Source: an uncultured bacterium
GTDB lineage: Bacteria; Patescibacteriota; Saccharimonadia; CAILAD01; BJGX01
Assembly: GCA_903832035.1 (NCBI GenBank)
Contig: CAILAD010000012.1
Location: 1-41,414, forward strand
Direction: 5' to 3'
Length of the DNA stretch: 41,414 nt
The notes under the pieces are model-generated. The model was not told the origin of the DNA and did no database searches. It saw only the letters and a program-made list of their open reading frames with translations. A program made the translations under genes and the position numbers. Position 1 is the stretch's first letter. Each line of letters opens with the position of its first letter. Of the stretch, positions 1 through 9,950 are shown one piece after another.

Positions 1-507
1 CGGATACGACAAGGTACTATTCGTTTTCTTTCTCTCTTCCTTTCTTTCAGCACACACACCTATACATTCATAGCCACCGCCTCTAACAAACAATACGATA
101 CTAGACAGCGCCAGGATAGATTTAGATCCAATTGCAAAACCCTGACGACCAAGGGGCTTTATGCTCATATTTTCTTCAATCAAGTTGTCTCCAGCTATCT
201 GTCGTTGCTGCTTATAGCTCATGCGCTCTTTTTTGTACATGTTAGTAATTAGAGCCGTATCAAAGCCAAGATGGTCAGCGTAGCTCTTCACATATCCCAG
301 AGCGTAAATATCATCCGGTAAATTTTCATAGTCAGCCGCTTCTATAAGTTCTAAGTAGCGCTTCCTAACCTGAGTAGTTTTTTCCACTTCTTTTAAAGTT
401 TGGCCTAGCTTCTCTCGCTGCGCTTTTAATAGCTCTGCAACCGTGTGGCTATGGCCAAGGCCAGCACTACTTAAAGATTTGTTTGGTTTATGGGCATTTG
501 GACTCAT
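1..507 (-). CDS. RodZ-like HTH (XRE-type) membrane protein, N-terminal part; the CDS runs off the left edge
   Basis: Not in the ORF track because it is open at the window edge. Reverse-strand ATG at 507. My translation is MSPNAHKPNKSLSSAGLGHSHTVAELLKAQREKLGQTLKEVEKTTQVRKRYLELIEAADYENLPDDIYALGYVKSYADHLGFD..., a RodZ-type HTH block, followed by a hydrophobic span SILALSSIVLFV. Confidence 0.6.
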   Translation of the reverse strand, partial: MSPNAHKPNKSLSSAGLGHSHTVAELLKAQREKLGQTLKEVEKTTQVRKRYLELIEAADYENLPDDIYALGYVKSYADHLGFDTALITNMYKKERMSYKQQRQIAGDNLIEENMSIKPLGRQGFAIGSKSILALSSIVLFVRGGGYECIGVCAERKEERKKTNSTLSYP

Positions 508-517
508 AGTTTTAGAG

Positions 518-2620
518 TTACTCTTCTGACGAACCACTAATTTCGTCTAGACTACTAACTATCACCTCTCTGGGTTTACTGCCGTTAGCAGGACCGACTA
601 TCCCTTTGTTCTCAAGGATATCAATTAACTTAGCAGCCCTAGAAAAACCGATACCCAGACGGCGCTGCAAGAGACTACTAGAACCTTTGTTGCTGGCAAT
701 TACCACTTCAGCAGCTTCCTCCCAAAGATCATCGTGCATGACATCACTGCCGCCAGAACCACCCTTAGCACTACTAGACTGTGTGAGAATTTCCTCATTG
801 TACTGAGGCTGTCTTTGCTCTCGTAAGAATTTAGCGACTGCGCTAACCTCATCATTGCTAACAAACACCCCCTGTACACGCTTTGGCTTAATAGTCTCTG
901 AATTCATAAACAACATATCGCCCTTACCAAGTAGCTTGTCTGCTCCACCGACGTCTAAAATTGTTCTGGAGTCGACACTGCTAGTTGTTGTTAGTGCAAT
1001 CCTAGCTGGAACGTTGGCCTTAATTGTACCTGTAATAACGTTTACGCTTGGTCTTTGGGTGGCTAGTACTAAGTGTATTCCGGCTGCACGAGCTTTTTGA
1101 GATATTCTCTGTATTAGATCTTCGACTTCTTTACCAGCCTGCATCATCAGATCAAAGAGCTCATCAATTACAATTACAATGTATGACATCTTATCAACAT
1201 CTTTTAGTTGATTATATTCCCCGACATCTCTCTTACCATGCTCGGCCATTAATTTAAGTCGGCGTTCCATCTCAGCAACTGACCACTTAAGGGCCGAAAC
1301 AACTTTATCTGAATCAGTAATAACTGGTGTTAGGAGGTGTGGGATATCCTTATAAAGTGACATTTCAACATGCTTAGGATCTACCAAGATAAGTTTTAGC
1401 TCACTAGGAGAATTATGATAAAGCAAACTAAGAAGTAATGCATTAATCATTACGGATTTACCAGTTCCGGTAGCTCCGGCAATAAGTAAGTGTGGCGCTC
1501 GTCCTAGATCATAAAAAACCATATTACCAGCTACGTCACGACCTATGGCAAAGTTCAACTTAGACTTTTGGGTGGTATACTCTTTTGAAGAAATTATATC
1601 TTTAGCACGGACTATAGCGCCCTTCTTGTTAGGCACTTCAACACCCACAAAAGGAGTGCCAGGGATTGGAGCTTCTATTCTAACCTGAGTAGCCTCTAGG
1701 GCTAGGGCTAGGTTTTTTTCTAAGCTCTGGAATTTACTTAGGTTCACCCCTGCTGGCGGTTTAAGTGAGTACTGAGCAACAGTTGGACCCACATCTACCC
1801 CATCCATCTTCACTTCATAGCCAAAGTCATGAAACGTCTCAGCTATTGTTTTTTGAATTACATGCGCATCACCTGGGTCTGGCTGGGTTGAGGTAGCTGC
1901 GAGTAAATCTATGGACGGATATTTCCAGTCCTTATCTACTGAATACATAATTGGTTCAGTACTTTTTACAAGGTCTGCATCGGTTTTTTCTTCAGAACCA
2001 ATAGTTCCTTTGATAGGCAGATGGGTTTTGATTTTGAACTTACTATCTTCCTCATCCTTATCGTTGTCTTCATCACTACTACCGCGTCTAAATACTCTTC
2101 TAAACAGCTCCTTGGTGCTAGCATTGGCAGCAATCACTAAGCTAATAATAAGCAGCATCACTAGGATAAAAACAGATACGGGCTTGTTTAGAATTGGAGA
2201 CATTACAGCGTAAATTGCATAGCCAATTATTCCACCATATTTACCAATCTCTGAAATTGCTGGATTTTCCGGTGCCAGAATAGCCTGAAGTAGGGTGCTT
2301 AGAAAAATAAAGAAAGTAACGGTACCAAGCAAGTTGTTGTACTTATATCCACGATTTTCCTCTTCATTTGTTCTAAACAGCAGGTAGGCTGATGCTAGTA
2401 ATGCAGCTGGTAGTACGTATACTGACTGTCCAATTACGAACTTTGTAGCAACCAATACCCAAACACCAAGCTGCCCAGCCACACCGACTAGAGCAATAAT
2501 TAAAAACACCGCAATCATTATTAAAAATATCGCAATCACCTCACGACTAGCGCCAGAGGAAAGCTGCAGCTTCTTTTCTTGATCTTTTTTACGAGTATAT
2601 TTGCGTTTTTTACGGGCCAT
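518..2620 (-). CDS. ftsK: DNA translocase FtsK/SpoIIIE
   Basis: N-terminal TM helices and an acidic linker. Walker A is GATGTGKS and Walker B is VIVIDEL. The C-terminal gamma winged helix is SSLLQRRLGIGFSRAAKLIDILE. Confidence 0.95.
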   Translation of the reverse strand: MARKKRKYTRKKDQEKKLQLSSGASREVIAIFLIMIAVFLIIALVGVAGQLGVWVLVATKFVIGQSVYVLPAALLASAYLLFRTNEEENRGYKYNNLLGTVTFFIFLSTLLQAILAPENPAISEIGKYGGIIGYAIYAVMSPILNKPVSVFILVMLLIISLVIAANASTKELFRRVFRRGSSDEDNDKDEEDSKFKIKTHLPIKGTIGSEEKTDADLVKSTEPIMYSVDKDWKYPSIDLLAATSTQPDPGDAHVIQKTIAETFHDFGYEVKMDGVDVGPTVAQYSLKPPAGVNLSKFQSLEKNLALALEATQVRIEAPIPGTPFVGVEVPNKKGAIVRAKDIISSKEYTTQKSKLNFAIGRDVAGNMVFYDLGRAPHLLIAGATGTGKSVMINALLLSLLYHNSPSELKLILVDPKHVEMSLYKDIPHLLTPVITDSDKVVSALKWSVAEMERRLKLMAEHGKRDVGEYNQLKDVDKMSYIVIVIDELFDLMMQAGKEVEDLIQRISQKARAAGIHLVLATQRPSVNVITGTIKANVPARIALTTTSSVDSRTILDVGGADKLLGKGDMLFMNSETIKPKRVQGVFVSNDEVSAVAKFLREQRQPQYNEEILTQSSSAKGGSGGSDVMHDDLWEEAAEVVIASNKGSSSLLQRRLGIGFSRAAKLIDILENKGIVGPANGSKPREVIVSSLDEISGSSEE

Positions 2621-2628
2621 ATATTAAT

Positions 2629-2634
2629 ATTATA
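2629..2634 (-). promoter_or_regulatory. -10 box (TATAAT) 8 nt upstream of the ftsK ATG; candidate leaderless promoter
   Basis: Reverse strand reads gggTATAATattaatatATG. There is no SD in the gap. Confidence 0.45.
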
Positions 2635-2773
2635 CCCTCTCGAGGTTAGTGTAGCTATAAGGTAGAAACAAAAAGTCCCACAAAAATGGCCATTTCGCTA
2701 CTTGGCTGTAATTTTGTGGGCTAAATATAATTTCTACATGTAAATAATACCTTTAACATAACAATTATAGCAT

Positions 2774-2803
2774 ATTGACACAATAATAACAAGTATTGTC
2801 AAT
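2774..2803. promoter_or_regulatory. Inverted repeat ATTGACA-N16-TGTCAAT in the ftsK/ABC divergent intergenic region
   Basis: 7-bp perfect arms at 2774-2780 and 2797-2803. The right arm overlaps a TTGTCA -35-like hexamer (2796-2801), which lies 18 nt before TAAAAT. Confidence 0.35.
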
Positions 2804-2819
2804 TTAGAGCGGAACCAGG

Positions 2820-2825
2820 TAAAAT
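2820..2825 (+). promoter_or_regulatory. -10 box (TAAAAT) 6 nt upstream of the ABC exporter ATG; candidate leaderless promoter
   Basis: Sequence is ggTAAAATtaccttATG, with no SD. Confidence 0.4.
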
Positions 2826-2831
2826 TACCTT

Positions 2832-4592
2832 ATGAGAAGTTTATTTTCTCTATCTAAATATGTAAAAAATGCTAGAAAGAATTTAGCTATAATTGCTTTT
2901 TTTAGTATTTTTTATGCTATCACTAACTCAGTCTGGCCACAATTTATAAGGTGGATAATTAATAATGCTCCAGCACATTTTGTAAATAAGACTTCACAGC
3001 AAAATATTATTTTCATATTAATATTCACGCTGGCAATGGTTACTCTGGGTTTACTACTTAGCTTATTTGACGCTTTGAGTTGGTGGTACTCCAGCCGAAC
3101 AAATGCCTTAATTCAAACTGACTTGAATAAGAAGATATATGCTAAATTACAGTCATTATCTATTTCCTATTTTGAAAATAATTTGTCAGGATCTTTGCAG
3201 CAGAAGCTGTATGGAGGTGTAGCAGCATTCCAGGATTGGATGATGTCCATGAGCCAAAACTTAATAGAGCCTGGTGCAATTATTGTTATTTCAACAGTAC
3301 TAATATTTATTAATAGCCGTGAAGTAGGAACACTGCTATTAGTTAGCATTTTAATTTTTATATTGAGTTTTCTTAGAACTAATAAAAAAAGTGATCCACT
3401 ATATACCTTGGTAAATAAAAATACAGAACAGATAAACGGTAGAATTTCTGAGAGCTTTTCTAGTTTCACTACAATCAGAACTATGTCTGCAGAAAATATC
3501 TTTAAAAAATCAATATATAAACTTGTAGACTCATTACAAAGAAATAATTACGATTTGTCGGATCTATGGGGAAAATCTATCGGACGAAGAAGTTTACTGA
3601 ACCGAACAGTACTCTTTTCGAGCCTAGGCATCATGCTATTTAAACTTTCTAAAGGTCGTACAAATGTAGCTGATATCGTACTAATAGTAATCTATCTGGA
3701 ACAAGTGCAGAGCAATCTTTTGTACTTTAGCCGATTTTTTACCAGTACGATAAATAATGAGAATAGAGCTAAGAGACTTTTGGAATTTATTAATACCGAA
3801 CCAGATTTTAAAGACACTGATAACGCTCAGTCTTTGAGATTACTAGATAATTATGAATTGATTGATGTATCATTTGATTACCCTGATGGTAAAAAAGGAG
3901 CCGTGAGTCAGATTGATATATCCATACCAAAAGGTAAGACTATTGCCCTTGTTGGACCTTCAGGCGTGGGCAAATCAACAATTATAAAACTCTTGCTTCG
4001 CTTCTATCCTCCCACTAGAGGAGAGCTTAGGATTAACGGCCATAATGCTGAAGAATACACTCAGAACTCAATTAGACAACATATAGGGGTAGTTATGCAG
4101 GATGTTGCGCTTTTCAATGATACTATCTTAAAAAATCTACAAGCTGCATCTCCAAAAACTACAAGATCTAAAATTATCGCTGCTGCCAAACAGGCGCATG
4201 CTCATGAATTCATAAAAGAGCTGCCCCAAGGTTATGACACCTTAGTTGGTAATCGCGGGATTAAATTAAGTGGTGGCCAGAAACAACGGATTGCTATTGC
4301 AAGAGCCATATTAAAAAATCCTCAGTTGATTATTCTAGATGAAGCGACAAGTGCTCTAGATAGCGAAAGCGAGAAACTAGTTCAAGAAGGTTTACAAGGA
4401 TTATTAAAGAACAGATCAGCACTAATCATTGCCCATAGGTTAAGTACAATCCAACACGCAGATGAAATAATTGTTTTACAACGAGGTAAAATAGTTGAAC
4501 GAGGCACGCATCAAGAGCTAATCAACAAGCAAAAGGGTGTTTACAAGAAATTATTTGAATTACAATCCTATAGCGGAAAGATAACTCTTTAA
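2832..4592 (+). CDS. ABC transporter, fused permease/ATPase (MsbA-type exporter)
   Basis: About 300 aa of six-helix TMD followed by an NBD. Walker A is GPSGVGKST, the signature is LSGGQKQRIAIARA, Walker B is LIILDEATSALD and the H-loop is IAHRLST. Confidence 0.9.
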   Translation: MRSLFSLSKYVKNARKNLAIIAFFSIFYAITNSVWPQFIRWIINNAPAHFVNKTSQQNIIFILIFTLAMVTLGLLLSLFDALSWWYSSRTNALIQTDLNKKIYAKLQSLSISYFENNLSGSLQQKLYGGVAAFQDWMMSMSQNLIEPGAIIVISTVLIFINSREVGTLLLVSILIFILSFLRTNKKSDPLYTLVNKNTEQINGRISESFSSFTTIRTMSAENIFKKSIYKLVDSLQRNNYDLSDLWGKSIGRRSLLNRTVLFSSLGIMLFKLSKGRTNVADIVLIVIYLEQVQSNLLYFSRFFTSTINNENRAKRLLEFINTEPDFKDTDNAQSLRLLDNYELIDVSFDYPDGKKGAVSQIDISIPKGKTIALVGPSGVGKSTIIKLLLRFYPPTRGELRINGHNAEEYTQNSIRQHIGVVMQDVALFNDTILKNLQAASPKTTRSKIIAAAKQAHAHEFIKELPQGYDTLVGNRGIKLSGGQKQRIAIARAILKNPQLIILDEATSALDSESEKLVQEGLQGLLKNRSALIIAHRLSTIQHADEIIVLQRGKIVERGTHQELINKQKGVYKKLFELQSYSGKITL

Positions 4593-6721
4593 ACTTCGAT
4601 TACAACAGGTAAAACGATTGGACTTCGTTTAGTAACCTTGTAAAGCAGGTTACTCAACTCATCGCGCATTCTAGCCTTCACTACTGGTGAGTTGGGAGGA
4701 GTCTTTGGATTGCGGTGGGCAAATATGTTTTTAACTATTGTACGGGAGCTATTGAGTAGCTCTTCATTATCTTTAACATATATAAACCCACGGCTTATAA
4801 TGTCCGGACTGGTTACCAATTTACCAGTTTTACGGTTAACAGTAGCAATTACTGTAAATATACCGTCACTCGCCATGGCCAAACGGTCCTTTAAGACGAT
4901 CTCTTGAACATCACCTATACCACTACCATCAATTAGCACTGATCCTGATTGAACGATTGGGCCTAGCTTAATAGAGCCGTCTGCTACCGCTTCTAGTGTT
5001 TGGCCGTTTTCGATAACGAAAACGTTTTCTGGTTTAACTATTCCGCCACGCTTGGCGATTTCGGCATTATGAACCATGTGGTGGATTTCACCGTGGATTG
5101 GCAGGTAGTACTTAGGTCGAACCAGTTCAATCATTTCTTTTACTTCTTCGTAGTAGGCGTGGCCCGAGGTGTGCATAATCCCTAGATCATCAAAAGTTCT
5201 AGTTGCTTGTTGGTAAACGTAAGGTCCCCATCTGAATAGGTCATCAACCATTCCCCAGACTGATTTTTCATTACCGGGAATAATTGAACTAGAAAGCACA
5301 ACTACATCAGTAGCTTTTAGCTTAATATCTTTATGTTCACCCTTACCCATACGTACTAATCCAGAATTTTCTTCGCCTTGGTGACCAGTTGTAAGTACAG
5401 CTACTTCACCGTCTTGGTATTTATTAATATCTGCAGACTTAATCAGAACTCCTGGTGGCACCTTAACATACCCAAGCTTCACGGCTATTTCCATGTTAGA
5501 TAGCATGCTACGACCAGCTAGGGCCAGCTTGCGCTTAGCCTTGTGGGCAGCATCAACGAACACTTGAATTCTATCTACTTGAGATGCGAATGAGCTAATT
5601 ATTACACGCTTGTTATAATTACGAACAAAAATTTCATCAAGAGTTTCAATTATTTCTTGCTCCGTTGGGCTCTTACCCATATTTTCACAGCTAGTACTAT
5701 CACACATCAGCATCAATACACCTTCATCACCAAGCTCTTTTAGTCGAGCCTTATTACTAGGCTTGCCGCTTAGTGGGTCATCGTCAAATCTCCAGTCACC
5801 GGTGTTTATAATTGTACCGACTGGTGTTTTAATGGCGATACTACAGGCGTCTGGAATTGAGTGGGTTATTCGTATAAACTCTATCTGGAAAGCTCCCAAC
5901 TGAATCTTGTCACCTGAATCTTGATCAACAATACGAAAATCTGGCTTAAATGGTAGTTTGTATTCCTCAAGCTTGCGTTCCATATATTTAACAGTAAAGT
6001 GCGCTCCATATATTGGGGCTGGCATCTTAGGTAAAATAAATGGTGTACCTCCAACATGATCCTCGTGAGCGTGAGTTATTAGATAACCGCGTAGCTTATG
6101 CTTACGTTCTTCGAGGTAGGTAGTGTCAGGTATGATGTAATCAATACCTGGCATATCTGGACCTGGGAACATAAAGCCCATATCCATAATAATAATGTCA
6201 TTTTCATACTCTAGGGCCATCATGTTTTTACCAATCTTATCTAGTCCGCCAAGAGGTATTATCTTCAGTTTACCAGCATCAGCCTTACTCATTGCTACCT
6301 TATTTGAGGTAGCAGTTACTGCTACGCCAGCTGCTGGACGACTATTAGTATTGAAGCTTCCTTCAGAAAATACTGCTGGACCTCGGTCGTACTTACGTCG
6401 TTGGGCAAAGTTATCGCCGCCGCGACCTACGCCACGTGGACCAATTCCGCCACCCTGTCTATTTTGGTTATTCCTAGGCTTATTCTGATTATTTTGACCA
6501 GCGTATTGCTTCCTAGGGCCTGCCTGCTGAGGGCTGGGCTTATCTGCTACTGGGGTGCTATCATTTTTATTTTGAGTCGACATACCCAAATCTTGGGCTG
6601 TTAGCGGTCGACTATTGAATTGTTTTTTATTGTTTGAATCCATTAGGTTTAATGTTTTCTCCTTTTTCACCATAGATTGGTGATTTTTATTAATTATAAT
6701 GACGAATGCCATTTCGACCAA
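4589..6721 (-). CDS. rnj: Ribonuclease J with a long low-complexity N-terminal extension
   Basis: Metallo-beta-lactamase motif HAHEDHVGG. The canonical RNase J start block KLKIIPLGGLDKIGKNMMALEY begins only at residue 151. The true start is uncertain: TTG 6721, ATG 6673 or ATG 6643. Confidence 0.9.
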   Translation of the reverse strand: MVEMAFVIIINKNHQSMVKKEKTLNLMDSNNKKQFNSRPLTAQDLGMSTQNKNDSTPVADKPSPQQAGPRKQYAGQNNQNKPRNNQNRQGGGIGPRGVGRGGDNFAQRRKYDRGPAVFSEGSFNTNSRPAAGVAVTATSNKVAMSKADAGKLKIIPLGGLDKIGKNMMALEYENDIIIMDMGFMFPGPDMPGIDYIIPDTTYLEERKHKLRGYLITHAHEDHVGGTPFILPKMPAPIYGAHFTVKYMERKLEEYKLPFKPDFRIVDQDSGDKIQLGAFQIEFIRITHSIPDACSIAIKTPVGTIINTGDWRFDDDPLSGKPSNKARLKELGDEGVLMLMCDSTSCENMGKSPTEQEIIETLDEIFVRNYNKRVIISSFASQVDRIQVFVDAAHKAKRKLALAGRSMLSNMEIAVKLGYVKVPPGVLIKSADINKYQDGEVAVLTTGHQGEENSGLVRMGKGEHKDIKLKATDVVVLSSSIIPGNEKSVWGMVDDLFRWGPYVYQQATRTFDDLGIMHTSGHAYYEEVKEMIELVRPKYYLPIHGEIHHMVHNAEIAKRGGIVKPENVFVIENGQTLEAVADGSIKLGPIVQSGSVLIDGSGIGDVQEIVLKDRLAMASDGIFTVIATVNRKTGKLVTSPDIISRGFIYVKDNEELLNSSRTIVKNIFAHRNPKTPPNSPVVKARMRDELSNLLYKVTKRSPIVLPVVIEV

Positions 6722-6764
6722 AGTTGAGTACTACTCCACCTTGCTCGGGATGTCACACTTTTCT

Positions 6765-7334
6765 CTATATTGTTTTCAATATTTCAGGGATACGCGAGAA
6801 ATCTTCTTTTACTATACTACGCATCGATCCGTTATATAGTGCTGCTGCTGGGTGGTAGAGTGGTAACATAGCCACACCTGACTTATTCTGCAAGCGACCG
6901 TGCACTTCAGATATCTTTAATCCTGGTAGAAACACATTCATGCTATGGCGACCTAGAAAGACAAGTAACTTAGGCTTAATTATTTCAATTTGTCGATTTA
7001 GATAGGGTAAGCAGATATCTATCTCTTCAGCATTTGGATCTCGGTTGTCGGGTGGTCTGAACTTAACAATGTTAGTTACAAACACATCTTCACGCCTAAG
7101 GTCGATACTCACAAGCATTTCATCGAGAAATTTACCACTAGCACCTATGAACGGCTGGCCAGCTTTATCTTCTTGGGCACCTGGCGCTTCACCAATAAAC
7201 ATCAGTTCGGCATCAGGATTACCATTTCCAGGTACGGGGTTTAGGCAAGTCCTTGCAATTTCAAGACTGCATTTTCTAGAGATTATCTCTTCTGCAATAC
7301 TGTCTAACTTAGCTTGTTTTTCCTTCGTATCCAT
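6765..7334 (-). CDS. Uracil-DNA glycosylase, family 4-like
   Basis: Motif A is FIGEAPGAQEDKAGQPFIGASGKFLD and the motif B region is LYHPAAAL. Size is 189 aa. Confidence 0.8.
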   Translation of the reverse strand: MDTKEKQAKLDSIAEEIISRKCSLEIARTCLNPVPGNGNPDAELMFIGEAPGAQEDKAGQPFIGASGKFLDEMLVSIDLRREDVFVTNIVKFRPPDNRDPNAEEIDICLPYLNRQIEIIKPKLLVFLGRHSMNVFLPGLKISEVHGRLQNKSGVAMLPLYHPAAALYNGSMRSIVKEDFSRIPEILKTI

Positions 7335-7388
7335 CTTTTACCCCAGTGATGCTCCACTTTTTAAAGTGGGGCACGGCTGGAATAAGAG

Positions 7389-9530
7389 CTACTTGTCGGC
7401 TAATTTCTTACTGAGGTTAAGTCGGCCCTTGTCATCTATCTCGGTAAGTTTAACTCTGAATTCATCACCTTCCTTAACTACATCATGAATGTTCTCTACC
7501 CGTTGATCAGAAAACTGACTGATGTGAACTAGGCCTTCTTTGCCTGGAAGTATTTCGACAAATGCGCCAAAATCCATAACTCTTATAGCTCTACCATTGT
7601 AGGTCTTACCAATTTCTGCCTCTGCGGTGATTGATTCTATCCATTCTTTTGCAGCATTAGCCTTAGCTTCATCCTCAGAGTAAATAAGAATTAGACCAGA
7701 GTCTTCAATGTCTATCTCAACGCCAGTTTCACCAGTAATCTTTTGGATAGTCTCACCGCCCTTACCAATAACCTCACGAATTTTTTCTGGGTTTATTGTA
7801 AGCTTGGTAATTCTTGGTGCATACTGACTAACTTCAGGCTTTGGTGTGGCGATAATTTCTAGCATCTTACCCATTATGTGCATTCTGCTCTCTTTTGCCT
7901 GACTTAAAGCCTCGGACATAATCTTCGGTGAGATACCCTTTACCTTTATATCCATTTGCAAAGCAGTAATACCTTTTTTAGTACCAGCAACCTTAAAATC
8001 CATATCGCCCGCAAAATCTTCAGCGTCTTGTATGTCGGATAAGATGACGTAATTCTCTGGTTTATCGTGGTCTATCATTAGTCCCATGGCAATACCTGCG
8101 ACAGGTGCGCTTATTGGCACACCAGCATCCATAAGACTCATAGTGCTACCACAAACGCTTGCCATCGAAGTAGAACCGGCACTACTAAGTAGCTCGGAGA
8201 CCACTCGAATGGTATATGGAAAGTCTTCAGTTTCTGGAATAACTGGAATAAGAGCTTTTTCGGCTAAGTAGCCATGGCCAACTTCTCGACGACCTGGGGA
8301 TCGTACTGGACGAACTTCGCCAGTACTGAATGGAGGGAAATTATAGTGATGCATATACCGCTTACTAGTATCCTCTTCCATGGTATCAATTAGCTGGGCA
8401 TCAGATAATGCTGCAAGGGTTGTAACGGTAAGGGCCTGAGTAGTTCCTCTAGTAAATATAGCTGACCCGTGAGTACGCGGTAGCATACCGGAATCACCTG
8501 AAATTGGACGAACTTCTGTAGTTCCTCTGTTGTCTGGTCGTTTCTTGTCTTCTAAAACAGCTCGGCGAATTTCCCCGTCGATTATTTTTTCAAATGACAA
8601 TTTTATATCAGCATGACTAAACCGAACCCTGCCATCATCGGCTACTTCTTCAGGTAACATACCTAATTCCTGGATTGCCTTATCCTCAAGTTCAGCAATA
8701 GCTTCATGTCTGGACTGCTTATTCTCATGCCTTATTCTCTCGCCTAAGTCATCTTTTAGGAGGGTCTTTAGGGCTTCGTAAGCATCTGGGTTAGGAGTAT
8801 ATAATTCAAAATTCATAGGCACTACGGCCATTTTTTTAACTAATTCATTCTGTAATTTGATTACTGGCTGCCAACTTGTTACAGCTAGTTCTAGAGCTTC
8901 AACTACAACTTGTTCAGATACTTCGTGCGAGGCACATTCGACCATCATTATGGCATCTTCAGTACCAGCTACAGTTAGGTTTAAATCACTATTTTCCTGC
9001 TCAGTTACAGTCGGGTTAACTACTAGCTTACCGTCAATTTGGCCGATTCTTGCAGCTGCTACCGGCCCATCAAAAGGAGCGCCTGTTAGCATCAGTGCGG
9101 TACTGGCAGCAATGACTGCGGCAATATCTGTTTCATGCTCTAGATCGGCACTAAGAACGGTCACCATAACCTGGACATCATTACGAAATCCTTTTGGAAA
9201 AAGTGGACGAATCGGACGATCAATAATCCGACTAGTCAAGATAGCTTTATCTGAAGGTCTACCTTCACGTTTCATAAATCTACTACCAGATATCTTACCG
9301 CTCGCATACATGCGCTCTTCATAGTCTATTAGTAGAGGGAAGAAGTCAGTTTCAGGTCTTGCCTTCGGGGCAACCACTGCTGTAGCAAGTAGCACCGTAT
9401 CACCGTACTGAACAGTTACTGCGGCGTCCGCTCGAAAAGCCAATCTTCCAGTTTCAATGGTTAATTTTTTACCAGCGAAATCGGTTTCAAGCTTTATTTG
9501 CTTTCCGTCAAAAGGATGAATTATCTTCAT
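7389..9530 (-). CDS. pnp: Polyribonucleotide nucleotidyltransferase (PNPase)
   Basis: 713 aa with two RNase PH domains and C-terminal KH (IGKGGETIQKI) and S1 (YNGRAIRVMDFGAFVEILPGKEGLVHISQ) domains. Lies downstream of rpsO. Confidence 0.97.
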   Translation of the reverse strand: MKIIHPFDGKQIKLETDFAGKKLTIETGRLAFRADAAVTVQYGDTVLLATAVVAPKARPETDFFPLLIDYEERMYASGKISGSRFMKREGRPSDKAILTSRIIDRPIRPLFPKGFRNDVQVMVTVLSADLEHETDIAAVIAASTALMLTGAPFDGPVAAARIGQIDGKLVVNPTVTEQENSDLNLTVAGTEDAIMMVECASHEVSEQVVVEALELAVTSWQPVIKLQNELVKKMAVVPMNFELYTPNPDAYEALKTLLKDDLGERIRHENKQSRHEAIAELEDKAIQELGMLPEEVADDGRVRFSHADIKLSFEKIIDGEIRRAVLEDKKRPDNRGTTEVRPISGDSGMLPRTHGSAIFTRGTTQALTVTTLAALSDAQLIDTMEEDTSKRYMHHYNFPPFSTGEVRPVRSPGRREVGHGYLAEKALIPVIPETEDFPYTIRVVSELLSSAGSTSMASVCGSTMSLMDAGVPISAPVAGIAMGLMIDHDKPENYVILSDIQDAEDFAGDMDFKVAGTKKGITALQMDIKVKGISPKIMSEALSQAKESRMHIMGKMLEIIATPKPEVSQYAPRITKLTINPEKIREVIGKGGETIQKITGETGVEIDIEDSGLILIYSEDEAKANAAKEWIESITAEAEIGKTYNGRAIRVMDFGAFVEILPGKEGLVHISQFSDQRVENIHDVVKEGDEFRVKLTEIDDKGRLNLSKKLADK

Positions 9531-9651
9531 TTATATATATTTCTTTCTAATAGCTGTAGATCATTTTAGTTAGTTGAGAGAGTTATGCTATCAGCTCGTG
9601 ATGGTACAACTCTACCCCTAACTTCAGGGCTATTTTTTATTTAAATATCAA

Positions 9652-9918
9652 TTAGCGTCTTAGTTTAAGTTTTTTAACTAGAGCTGCGTATCTGTCTGGT
9701 GACTTCTTTTGCAAGTAGTCTAATAGACGACGTCTTTTACTTACCATAGCTAACAAGCCACGACGACTGTGGTTATCTTTCTTGTGCTCTTTTAGGTGTT
9801 CTGTTAACTCGTTTATTTTTTCGGTAAACAAAGCTACCTGAACTTCGGCTGATCCAGTGTCCTTCTCGTGTAGAGAATGGCTAGTTATTACTTTTTTCTT
9901 TGTTGTTTTTGCTAGCAT
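9652..9918 (-). CDS. rpsO: 30S ribosomal protein S15
   Basis: 88 aa. Contains [48 protein letters not shown], the classic S15 block. rpsO-pnp synteny is present. Confidence 0.95.
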   Translation of the reverse strand: MLAKTTKKKVITSHSLHEKDTGSAEVQVALFTEKINELTEHLKEHKKDNHSRRGLLAMVSKRRRLLDYLQKKSPDRYAALVKKLKLRR

Positions 9919-9950
9919 ATGATTACCCTATATTAGCAGATAAAGGGATA

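Noticed and set aside
606-2213. Four plus-strand ORFs of 66-100 aa inside ftsK.
   Set aside because: They lie fully antisense to a well-supported FtsK CDS, have low-complexity Ser/Leu-rich translations, and have no SD or promoter.
2677-2720. 9-bp inverted repeat CCCACAAAA...TTTTGTGGG with a 26-nt loop in the ftsK/ABC intergenic region.
   Set aside because: There is no adjacent U-tract, ORF or recognisable riboswitch or sRNA motif. This is noted only as a possible protein-binding site.
7045-7488. 147-aa plus-strand ORF spanning the UDG/PNPase junction.
   Set aside because: It is antisense to two confident CDSs, its translation is Ser/Leu-rich, and it has no start signals.
8857-9324. 155-aa plus-strand ORF inside pnp (also 8086-8271).
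   Set aside because: It is an antisense shadow of PNPase.
9531-9651. Hairpin CCCT-aacttc-AGGG plus a T-run in the rpsO-pnp spacer, considered as a terminator or pnp leader element.
   Set aside because: The T-run follows the stem only on the plus strand, whereas both genes are on the minus strand. The stem is only 4 bp. I cannot support a call from sequence alone.
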